64,000 nucleotides of DNA from Candidatus Babeliales bacterium (GTDB lineage Bacteria > Babelota > Babeliae > Babelales > JBFXEV01): contig OY970310.1 of NCBI GenBank assembly GCA_963716425.1, positions 1,539,577-1,603,576 on the forward strand, written 5' to 3'. Numbering within the stretch: the first letter of the stretch is position 1; each line of letters starts with the position of its first letter. Below the pieces are notes generated by a model, which saw nothing but the letters and a program-made list of their open reading frames with translations, had not been told where the DNA came from and searched no databases. Positions 27,880 to 36,496 of this stretch are shown piece after piece. Made by a program: the position numbers and the translations under genes.

Positions 27880-29577
27880 TTATGAGAATGCAAATCCAGT
27901 TTTAATCCATACACTCCATTGATCAAATGCTTTATTGTTTCTACCAGAGAATTCAGCTTCACCACCAAAACCAAAGAATGGTGAATAATCACAGCCTTCC
28001 CACGTATAGCCAAGATGGCCAAATACTTTGTGTGATAATGCTGATGGAGCTTCTGCTGATTCTCTATTAAGCATCTCAGTAGTTGCAAATACTTGATTTG
28101 GAACGCCAGCAATAGTAGTAAAGCCATCACCAATGGCAGTTGCGCCCGCACCATCAATCATTACTAGACTATTGGTGAGACTTGCAGATCCTGGAATGAT
28201 ATTATCAATTGGAGTGCCACCTAAGAGACCATAGGTATTGGGTGGAATTTCACCAACGATAGTAATATGTTCTTTTGAACGACCCCAAATGCCGTAACCA
28301 GCATCAAAGGTAAAGCCGCAGCGTTGGTAATCAAACATTAAAATTGCTTCACCAGAAATATTTATTTTAACTTTTGATTCAACGGTGTTTACATTCGGCC
28401 CGGGAACAAACGTATTTGCAAATACAAAGGGGATAGGTGGCGTTGCACCAGGTGTACCTGGCGTAAACAATTTGTAGAGCAAGTAACGGCTACCAATACC
28501 ATTGGCAGTTAAATCAAACGTACGTTTTTGGCGAGCATTAAACTCATGGTAGAATGCGCTATCAAACCAGAGGCTGAATGATTGGTCACAGCCATTTTCC
28601 CATAAAATTGCATGACCATTCAGGCCACCACCAAGTTTTACATGATGACCATTACCAACAATTGGTTCAAACATAAATTCAGCATCAGGGCGCGTGCCAG
28701 TTGGGGCAGTAACGCGAAGATTTGCACCAAGATGGTAGCAATCATTGCAGAAGAAATTATAACCTAATACAAATTCTAAGTCCGCAACACCAGTTTTACT
28801 CTTGTGGCCGCGAATACGAGCATATTTCATTTCCTCAATAGTGATATTGATTGGATTTGGTGCGGGTGCAGGAACTGGCAGAGGTGAAGTAAAGTTTACG
28901 GTGCCATTAAACTCACCTTTCCATGCTTCAATTATAGAGTGAAGTGGTGTTGGCCATGAAAATGGCGTTACGCCAATAGGAGCACCAGTTGGGTTACTTG
29001 ATGCTGGAATACTAAAATTAGTGCCCGCATTTATAACTCGTTCTTCAAGTCCCATGCTCCAACGAGTCCAGTTGACCGGTATGTCTACTTCAAAATAAAG
29101 ACCACACAACCATTCGTCTAAATTAAGACGGAAGTTAATGTCTGCAATAAAGTTTTTCACGTTTGGTCGTAAGGTCACCACGCCATCAAAATCACTGGGC
29201 AGTAAAAAGTTTTCTGCGCGCACATCAGTGTTTGCTGCCGTTGCGCCCGGCACAAGGCTGCCACGGAAACTCATCATATTTGCTTCTACAGCTGATGGGT
29301 TGCGAAATGAGAAATAATCTCCCAATTGGTGCCGATCAAATGTTTGGCTCCATTGTGGAATAACTGCTAATACACCATTAATGCAATCAAAATCGCATCG
29401 GTATAATTCATGCGCGTCTCCAACTAATCTTCGCGCAAGATTTTGGCCTTGAGAACGTCCTTGGAAATATGGTTTTCCAAAAGCATCATGTTCTCTGTCA
29501 TGGCGGTCTTGGGCGTATGCTGTAAGTGCGCACATGAGTAATGCTATACTTAACAGTTTTTTGAATCTTTGTTTCAT
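27880..29577 (-). CDS. outer-membrane-type protein, family paralogue 5
   Basis: Leader ...LLMCALTAYAQD, FGKPYFQGRSQGQNLARRLVGD and the family blocks; the C-terminus is WSVWIKTGFAFS. Confidence 0.75.
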   Translation of the reverse strand: MKQRFKKLLSIALLMCALTAYAQDRHDREHDAFGKPYFQGRSQGQNLARRLVGDAHELYRCDFDCINGVLAVIPQWSQTFDRHQLGDYFSFRNPSAVEANMMSFRGSLVPGATAANTDVRAENFLLPSDFDGVVTLRPNVKNFIADINFRLNLDEWLCGLYFEVDIPVNWTRWSMGLEERVINAGTNFSIPASSNPTGAPIGVTPFSWPTPLHSIIEAWKGEFNGTVNFTSPLPVPAPAPNPINITIEEMKYARIRGHKSKTGVADLEFVLGYNFFCNDCYHLGANLRVTAPTGTRPDAEFMFEPIVGNGHHVKLGGGLNGHAILWENGCDQSFSLWFDSAFYHEFNARQKRTFDLTANGIGSRYLLYKLFTPGTPGATPPIPFVFANTFVPGPNVNTVESKVKINISGEAILMFDYQRCGFTFDAGYGIWGRSKEHITIVGEIPPNTYGLLGGTPIDNIIPGSASLTNSLVMIDGAGATAIGDGFTTIAGVPNQVFATTEMLNRESAEAPSALSHKVFGHLGYTWEGCDYSPFFGFGGEAEFSGRNNKAFDQWSVWIKTGFAFS

Positions 29578-29891
29578 GTGGTACTCCTGATCACAAAACT
29601 TATTTTTTAATTATATGTTTGTTGGTTTTATTTTTGTGTGCCTGATCTTTGGCGAATTTTGGTGTGCGCTCTTTTGACTCCTTCAGGTTTTAACTAGTTG
29701 TATAAGTTGTTTCAAACAGTACACCATTTCATTATTTTCGTCAATCAAACTATGTAATGATGTGCAGTTTACATGGAGTAAAGTTTTACATGTCTTGCAA
29801 TACTTGTAAAGATATTCTATCGCCGATTTTTTTCTGGCGCATTAGGTTTGTTTTTGTTATGCTAACGTGTATCAGTTGTAGGAAAAAAATC

Positions 29892-30704
29892 ATGGTTCAA
29901 GAAATATATAGAGTCTGTGCACTCGTGTTGCCCATTGCGTTAGAAGGATTGCCCGTAAGCAGTTCTGGGCACGTGTCGTTATGTGCTGCAATGATTGCAT
30001 GCATGAGCAGCGTAGCAGTTGATGGTGCGGTGCCAAAAGTACTTGATCATCTAGTGCATTTGCCTATTGCACTTGTTGTTGCGATATTTTTCTTACCTCG
30101 TTGGTGGTATCTAATCGCGCACATCACACGATTGTGGAGACAGTTTTTTAAAATACTGTATCTTGGATTTATTACTGTTCTAATGACGGCACTTATATAT
30201 TTTTTGTTTCAATACGTTGGCACTGCTTGGTTTCCGTTATGGTTGGGATATGCGATTACTGCTGCATTGTTATTCTCTTTGCGTTACTTACCAAATAAAG
30301 TAAGCGGTAGTTGGACAATTCCTATAGCATTTATTCTGGGCATTGCACAGGGGCTTGCATTATTGCCTGGCATCTCCCGTTTGGGCATCACATATGTTAC
30401 AGCGTGCTGGCTTGGCATGCGACCGCAAAAAGCATTTGAACTTTCATTTTTAATTGAATGGCCAATCAGCATTGCAGGTTTTTTAAAAGGTATGGTTGCT
30501 CTGCATGTTTCTGGGCAATATCTTATGCTCACCCATTATGAGATTTTTGCACTTGCATGTGCAAGTATACTTGCTTTTGTTGGCTTATGGTTCATGCAAT
30601 ACTTGGTAACAAACAATCGTGTGTGGGTTGTCAGTGGTTATGTTGCCTGTCTTGCAGTAATTGCCTTTGTTTTGGAATATAATACACATGCTCTTGCGTT
30701 ATAA
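29892..30704 (+). CDS. uppP: undecaprenyl-diphosphatase (BacA/UppP)
   Basis: LEGLPVSSSGHV and GIAQGLALLPGISRLG motifs; polytopic membrane protein. The ATG at 29892 is chosen over the upstream extension. Confidence 0.75.
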   Translation: MVQEIYRVCALVLPIALEGLPVSSSGHVSLCAAMIACMSSVAVDGAVPKVLDHLVHLPIALVVAIFFLPRWWYLIAHITRLWRQFFKILYLGFITVLMTALIYFLFQYVGTAWFPLWLGYAITAALLFSLRYLPNKVSGSWTIPIAFILGIAQGLALLPGISRLGITYVTACWLGMRPQKAFELSFLIEWPISIAGFLKGMVALHVSGQYLMLTHYEIFALACASILAFVGLWFMQYLVTNNRVWVVSGYVACLAVIAFVLEYNTHALAL

Positions 30705-30772
30705 GATATCAAAAGGTACTTTTATAGTTGAGGAGTAAGTTTAAAATATGATATATGGTTTAGTAGCCAAGG

Positions 30773-33115
30773 ATGAATACAATGAAGTTGTTTGAAAAAC
30801 AAAATAATGGATTACGTATTGCGCGATATTCGCTCTATCAATTATCAACGGTAGCAGCATGCGGTAGTGCAGCATTATTGATTGCACTGGCATTATATGG
30901 ATATGATGCACGAGATGCTTCATGGTTTTTTGTGCGAACAAAAATGAATGTGCCTCACAATATGTTAGGTTCTTTTGGCGCACATCTTGCAGGCCTTCTG
31001 ATGTATTTGTTTGGATCTGCATCATACGCGATTCCGTTAACGTTAACTTATTTTGCTTATTTTTTTGCTGTGGGCATTACCTGGCGCAAAGAAATAGATA
31101 GATGTGTTGCATGCGTGGCACTTTTGCTCGTTCTTGCAGCGTTGCTTCACACGTATGCAATTGATCCTCTCTATAGCGCCGCACCTGGCGGCGTCATTGG
31201 CAATTTGACGTACAGATTTATTCTTGTGTTTGCCGATCCTACCATTGTTTTTTTATCGCTGCACGTATTGCTTTTTGTAAGCTTGGTGCTTCTTTCTCGA
31301 CTGGCATGGGTCGGACCCATGCGTAGGGTGGGTCATGGTATTGAAACAGCTTTACATTCTGCCCTTGCACGCAAAATGGTTGCCGCTGCCGTCAGTATGG
31401 TGTCTTCTATTTCAAATGGTATTGCTCGCTTCTTTGGGTGGGTGTGGCGCTTGCTCTCTGGAAAGTTAATTGATGAACGTCGTGACATTGTACCTCTTGA
31501 GTTTGGTGAAATTGTAGAACAAGTAGTACACGATACAACTGATGCACGGTTTTGGAAAAATGCCTATGGTCAATCTAGTAATGAATTACCAGAGACGTAT
31601 GCGCCGGCAGAAATGCAACAGCCTCAATCTCAAAAAACAACGTTTGAAGCACCACCTGGTTTTTTTAAGAAGATGATGAGCATGCAAGAGGAGCGTAAGG
31701 AAAAAGAATCCGCATCAGCAGCACTACATCAGTATCAATTACCAAATCCTGCACAATTTACCATGCAGCATGTTGAAAAACAATCTGCTGATGATCAAAA
31801 ATTGCATGATACGCGAGCACGCATGCTTGAACTCAAACTTGCACGTTTCGGTATTACCGGCAAGGTGGTTGCCATAAAACCAGGGCCAGTGATTACGTTA
31901 TTTGAATATGAACCTGATATTGATTCTAAAGTCAGTAAAATAATAGCACTTGAAGATGATTTGGCATTAGCGCTTGAAGCAGTGAGCATTCGCATTATTG
32001 CACCGATACCAGGTCGTTCTGTTGTTGGTTTTGAAGTTGCAAATAAAGACCGTGCAACTGTGCATTTATCATCAATCATACAATCAAAAGCGTATGCACA
32101 ATGTACGGCGCATTTACCATTAGTGCTCGGTCACGATATCGTCGGCAATCCAAGCATTGTTGATCTTGCGGACATGCCCCATTTGCTTGTTGCAGGATCT
32201 ACCGGTTCTGGTAAATCTGTTGCGCTCAACACAATGCTCGTGAGTTTGTTGTATCGCTGTACGCCAGAACAATTACGTTTAATATTAATAGATCCTAAGC
32301 GATTAGAATTTGCATCATATTCAGACATTGGACATTTAATTTTTCCTATTGTGACAGATCCAAAAACAGCAGGTCCTGTGTTACAATGGGTAGTGCGTAC
32401 TATGGAAGATCGTTATGAAATTATGGCAACAGTTGGTGTGCGTAATCATCAAGCGTATCAACGTTTGTGTGCAACACAGAAAGATTTAGAACTAATGCCG
32501 TATCTTGTAGTGATGATTGATGAATTATCTGATTTAATGATGACAGCTGGCAAAGAAGTTGAAGCACTTATTGCGCGCATTGCACAAATGGCACGTGCAG
32601 CGGGTATTCATATGATTGTGGCAACGCAAAGGCCATCAGTTGATGTTATTACAGGCTTGATTAAAGTAAATTTTCCAAGTAGAATTTCATTCCGTGTGAC
32701 ATCTAAAGTAGATTCGCGTACAATTTTAGATTGTGTTGGCGCAGAGAAATTACTCGGTAAAGGTGACATGCTCTTTTTAAGTGCATCATCGGCGCTTATG
32801 CGAGTACATGGCGCGTATGTTGGACATAAAGAGGTCAGTTCATTGGTTGAATATATTCGTACACAACAACCACCGCAGTATCTTGATATTCAAGAAGAGC
32901 TTCCATTAAAAAAAGGTTCTCTACTTGATGCAGATGATGCGTTGTATCAAGAAGTGCTTGCATTTGTATATTCCACTGATCAGATTTCAATTTCATTACT
33001 TCAACGTCGATTTAGAATAGGTTACAATCGATCTGCACGGATCATGGAAACATTAGAGTCAGAAGGTCTTATTATGCCGTCTGATGGTTCTAAGATGAGA
33101 AAAGTTATTAAATAG
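30773..33115 (+). CDS. ftsK: DNA translocase FtsK
   Basis: N-terminal TM helices, a linker, then VAGSTGSGKSVALNTML, MIDELSDLMM and a gamma-domain-like C-terminus (LLQRRFRIGYNRSARIME). Confidence 0.9.
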   Translation: MNTMKLFEKQNNGLRIARYSLYQLSTVAACGSAALLIALALYGYDARDASWFFVRTKMNVPHNMLGSFGAHLAGLLMYLFGSASYAIPLTLTYFAYFFAVGITWRKEIDRCVACVALLLVLAALLHTYAIDPLYSAAPGGVIGNLTYRFILVFADPTIVFLSLHVLLFVSLVLLSRLAWVGPMRRVGHGIETALHSALARKMVAAAVSMVSSISNGIARFFGWVWRLLSGKLIDERRDIVPLEFGEIVEQVVHDTTDARFWKNAYGQSSNELPETYAPAEMQQPQSQKTTFEAPPGFFKKMMSMQEERKEKESASAALHQYQLPNPAQFTMQHVEKQSADDQKLHDTRARMLELKLARFGITGKVVAIKPGPVITLFEYEPDIDSKVSKIIALEDDLALALEAVSIRIIAPIPGRSVVGFEVANKDRATVHLSSIIQSKAYAQCTAHLPLVLGHDIVGNPSIVDLADMPHLLVAGSTGSGKSVALNTMLVSLLYRCTPEQLRLILIDPKRLEFASYSDIGHLIFPIVTDPKTAGPVLQWVVRTMEDRYEIMATVGVRNHQAYQRLCATQKDLELMPYLVVMIDELSDLMMTAGKEVEALIARIAQMARAAGIHMIVATQRPSVDVITGLIKVNFPSRISFRVTSKVDSRTILDCVGAEKLLGKGDMLFLSASSALMRVHGAYVGHKEVSSLVEYIRTQQPPQYLDIQEELPLKKGSLLDADDALYQEVLAFVYSTDQISISLLQRRFRIGYNRSARIMETLESEGLIMPSDGSKMRKVIK

Positions 33116-33189
33116 TAGAAAAAGATTTTTATATGATCTTTATGTAATACAAAGATCAACAAGATAACATTATCTGTTAAGGGAATATT

Positions 33190-34584
33190 ATGCGGTTGAA
33201 TGAGGAGTTTCTTATTAAGGCGGTACCGGGCAGTTGTCTGGAATACCAACCATTTCCAGCTTTGGCTACATTCCAGATAGATTCTCGCAAACTTAGCGCG
33301 GGAGAAATTTTTGTCGCGCTTTCTGGGGCAAAGGTTAATGGTCATCAGTTTGTACAAGAAGCAGTGGATCGTGGAGCTGTAGGCCTGATGATTGAGCATG
33401 ATCAAAAAGCATGTTTAAAAACTATTGATCCTCTAAAGCTCAAAAAAGTATGTGTAATTCTGGTACCAAATACGTATAGTGCTTTAGTAGAACTTGCCAC
33501 CGCATGGCGCACGCAATTTACGTATTCTGTTATTGCAATCACCGGTTCATTTGGCAAAACTACGGTCAAGGAACTGCTTGCGCATATACTTGAACTTTCA
33601 GGTAAGAAGTATCTTGCATCGCACGGCAATCAAAATACTGCCATTGGTGTTTCATTAAACATATTGCGTATGAGGCCAGAATATGAAGTTGCAGTATTTG
33701 AGCTAGGCATCACGAGGCGTGGTGAAATGAAGCGCTTGGTTAGTATCGTGCAACCAACACTTGCAGTGGTTACTGCCATAGGTCATAGCCATATGGAAGG
33801 ACTTGGTTCGCTTTCTGATATTTCAATAGAAAAACGAGAAATATTTTCATTATTTAAAGAACATAATATTGGCATTGTAAATGGCGATCAGCGCTTACTT
33901 TCTCAAGTGGCGTATAATCATCCGGTAGTCAAATTTGGCTCCAAGACAACCAATCAAATACAAGCGCGCAAAATTAATCAAGATGGTGACACCATCAATT
34001 TTGTTATGAAAATATACAAAGAGAAGCATCCGGTTACCATCAGCTCACATCACAAAGGGGCCGTCGATAACGCGCTTGCAGCGTGTGCTTGTGCGTACAT
34101 GCTTGGCATCCCAACGCCTCTTATTATTAAGGGTATTCAAAAACCGTTACAGATTTCAGGCCGCTTTAAGCCATGCACCATGCCGGGCAATAAAGGCATG
34201 ATGATTGATGATTCATATAATGCAAGCCCGGAAAGCATGAAAGCTGCATTAGTTGCTTTTGAGCGATTTGAATCGCAAGGCACCAAAGTAGCAGTGCTCG
34301 GTGATATGGCAGAACTTGGTTCTAATAGTCCGTTTTGGCATAGGCAACTGGGTAGATTCTTGCGCAAAGTACCTTCATTGCGGCATATAGTGCTGGTTGG
34401 TTCACAAGTGGTGTGGACCAAAAAGACTATTCCGGTGGGGGTTACTGCTTACCATGTGGCCACTTGGCAAGAAGCAAAAGAACTGCTTGATACTATGCTT
34501 TCAAAAGATTCTTTGGTACTTGTCAAAGGTTCTCGATCAATTGGCCTTGATCAGCTGGTGAGCGCGGTGTGTGAGAATAAATAA
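33190..34584 (+). CDS. murF: UDP-N-acetylmuramoyl-tripeptide--D-alanyl-D-alanine ligase
   Basis: AITGSFGKTTVKELL, DSYNASPESM and LGDMAELG. Confidence 0.85.
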   Translation: MRLNEEFLIKAVPGSCLEYQPFPALATFQIDSRKLSAGEIFVALSGAKVNGHQFVQEAVDRGAVGLMIEHDQKACLKTIDPLKLKKVCVILVPNTYSALVELATAWRTQFTYSVIAITGSFGKTTVKELLAHILELSGKKYLASHGNQNTAIGVSLNILRMRPEYEVAVFELGITRRGEMKRLVSIVQPTLAVVTAIGHSHMEGLGSLSDISIEKREIFSLFKEHNIGIVNGDQRLLSQVAYNHPVVKFGSKTTNQIQARKINQDGDTINFVMKIYKEKHPVTISSHHKGAVDNALAACACAYMLGIPTPLIIKGIQKPLQISGRFKPCTMPGNKGMMIDDSYNASPESMKAALVAFERFESQGTKVAVLGDMAELGSNSPFWHRQLGRFLRKVPSLRHIVLVGSQVVWTKKTIPVGVTAYHVATWQEAKELLDTMLSKDSLVLVKGSRSIGLDQLVSAVCENK

Positions 34585-34605
34585 AAAAATAATCTAAAGT
34601 TACAA

Positions 34606-34642
34606 GCCAGGAATTTTTTACGAGATTCCTGGCCTTTTTTTT
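34606..34642 (+). terminator. rho-independent terminator after murF
   Basis: gccaggaat / attcctggc followed by a T-run. Confidence 0.7.
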
Positions 34643-34665
34643 ACCTTCTGGTACAATTAATCACT

Positions 34666-35604
34666 ATGAATACCACAGAACAAACTTATCACATACCCGT
34701 TTTGGTAAACGAAGTACTTACTTACCTGAATCCCGAGCCGCATGGCATCTATCTAGATTGCACGTTTGGTGGAGGCGGGCATACGCGCGCTATTCTGGAA
34801 AAAGAGCCAACTTGCAAAGTCATTGCGATGGACTGGGATATGAAAGCCTTTGAAATGAACAGTGAGAAGTTGCTGGAAGAATTTGGCGATCGCGTACAGT
34901 TTGTATGGGGTAACTTTGCGCAAATTGAACTGAAAATAAAGCCTCTTGGCTTAGAGCATGTTGACGGTATTCTTGCTGACTTTGGAACATCGCAGTATCA
35001 GATCAAGGAGCGGCCTGGATTTTCATTTTCAATAAATTCCCCGCTTGATATGCGCATGTCACCATCGCACCAAAAGACTACAGCTGCGATGATACTTAAT
35101 GAGGCCTCAGAAAAAGAATTATATCATATTTTCACCATGTATGGTGAAGAATACAAAGCGCGCCCCATTATTGCAGCTATTATTGCCCAACGTGCCAAAA
35201 AACCGTTGAGAACCACCAAAGAGCTTGTTGATTTAATTGTAAAAGTTTCTCCGCGCGGCGGCAGAAAGATTCATCCTGCAACTAAAATATTTCAGGCGCT
35301 GCGCATTGCAGTAAATCATGAACTTGATCAAATTCATGCCTTTTTGCCAGCTGCAGTTCGCTTGCTTTCACCGGGTGGTAGATTGGTCTGTATTAGTTTC
35401 CATTCACTTGAAGATAGAATGGTTAAACAATTTTTCCGTGATATTGCAAAAGAGCCGGATTCTGAGATTGAAGTGCTTACCCCGCGAGTGGTTATTGCAG
35501 GAGAAGAGGAGCTCTCAATCAATCCCAGTGCACGTTCTGCCAAGTTACGCGCCATTGAAAAAATGGTACCTGAAAAAAAGTTTGACAAACCCTTTTTCAA
35601 TTAG
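34666..35604 (+). CDS. rsmH: 16S rRNA (cytosine1402-N4)-methyltransferase RsmH/MraW
   Basis: HIPVLVNEVL...DCTFGGGGHTRAIL...DFGTSQYQ...SFHSLEDR. Confidence 0.9.
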   Translation: MNTTEQTYHIPVLVNEVLTYLNPEPHGIYLDCTFGGGGHTRAILEKEPTCKVIAMDWDMKAFEMNSEKLLEEFGDRVQFVWGNFAQIELKIKPLGLEHVDGILADFGTSQYQIKERPGFSFSINSPLDMRMSPSHQKTTAAMILNEASEKELYHIFTMYGEEYKARPIIAAIIAQRAKKPLRTTKELVDLIVKVSPRGGRKIHPATKIFQALRIAVNHELDQIHAFLPAAVRLLSPGGRLVCISFHSLEDRMVKQFFRDIAKEPDSEIEVLTPRVVIAGEEELSINPSARSAKLRAIEKMVPEKKFDKPFFN

Positions 35605-35668
35605 TACATTAAATGGCGAAAGAGGGCGATTTTTTAATTGATTGTTTGTTCTCTGTGAAGGCCGAATA

Positions 35669-35706
35669 GCGGCTCATCCCGAGCTTGTCGAAGGAAATGA
35701 GAGAGA
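35669..35706 (+). repeat. GC-rich REP-like dispersed repeat copy
   Basis: gcggctcatcccgagcttgtcgaaggaaatgagagag. Confidence 0.6.
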
Positions 35707-35768
35707 ACAGGCACGATAAGAATACTGTCCAAAGGTCAGAGTAGGAACTTAGCCAAAGGTAGCAGGCA

Positions 35769-36032
35769 ATGGAAATAACTGAAGTGAAGGTCTACCCGGT
35801 ACGCGATACTGGAAGGCTTAAAGGCTATGCAACGTTTGTAATAGACAATTGCTTTATAGTACGCGACGTAAAAATTATCGAGGGAGAGAAAGGCTTATTT
35901 GTTTCAATGCCTTCCCGTAAGAAGCAAGACGGTTCATTTCGTGACATTGTGCATCCATTAAATGCAGAAACACGAACACTCATTGAGAAAATGGTCGTTG
36001 AGCAATTTGAAAAACTGGAAAAGGCCGCCTAA
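35769..36032 (+). CDS. spoVG: SpoVG family protein
   Basis: MEITEVKVYPV...LKGYATFVIDNCFIVRDVKIIEGEKGLFVSMPSRK...DIVHPLN. Confidence 0.85.
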   Translation: MEITEVKVYPVRDTGRLKGYATFVIDNCFIVRDVKIIEGEKGLFVSMPSRKKQDGSFRDIVHPLNAETRTLIEKMVVEQFEKLEKAA

Positions 36033-36059
36033 AAGTAATAAGCACCTTAAAGATTTTGT

Positions 36060-36134
36060 TGGGGCGTAGCCAAGTGGTAAGGCATCCGGTTTTGGTCCGG
36101 ACATTCGGAGGTTCGATCCCTTCCGCCCCAGCCA
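36060..36134 (+). tRNA. tRNA-Gln (anticodon UUG), CCA encoded
   Basis: Cloverleaf read by eye: acceptor tggggcg/cgcccca, anticodon stem tccgg/ccgga with loop ttTTGgt, T-arm ggagg-ttcgatc-ccttc, then gCCA. It closely resembles E. coli tRNA-Gln. Confidence 0.85.
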
Positions 36135-36262
36135 GGCATTTGCCAAAGCCAATCAGTAAAGGTTAAATACTGGCTGGAGTATATGATACTAGAAAATGCT
36201 AATCACGCCGAGCAAATGACTGGCAAGCCGGTTTTTCAATAGCCATTTTTAAATTATATTAG

Positions 36263-36300
36263 GAGTCATTATCAATTTTTGATAATGACTCTATTTTTTT
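36263..36300 (+). terminator. rho-independent terminator
   Basis: A perfect 12 bp stem, gagtcattatca / tgataatgactc, then tattttttt. The sequence is related to the hairpin at 39758. Confidence 0.7.
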
Positions 36301-36496
36301 GTTCGTTTGCAAAGTTATTAACTTGTGTTACTTTAAAAAAAAATCGAGCAGAGTTTATTTCTAGCGAGTAAAAAAGGGGGAGCCTATCAAATAAAATTCC
36401 ACACATGATATAGCAATAAGTGTAGTGGAATGGCCTATCAATCATGCATTCACGCTAGGGTGTAAATAGATAAATTAATAAAAAAAGGATCTTAAG

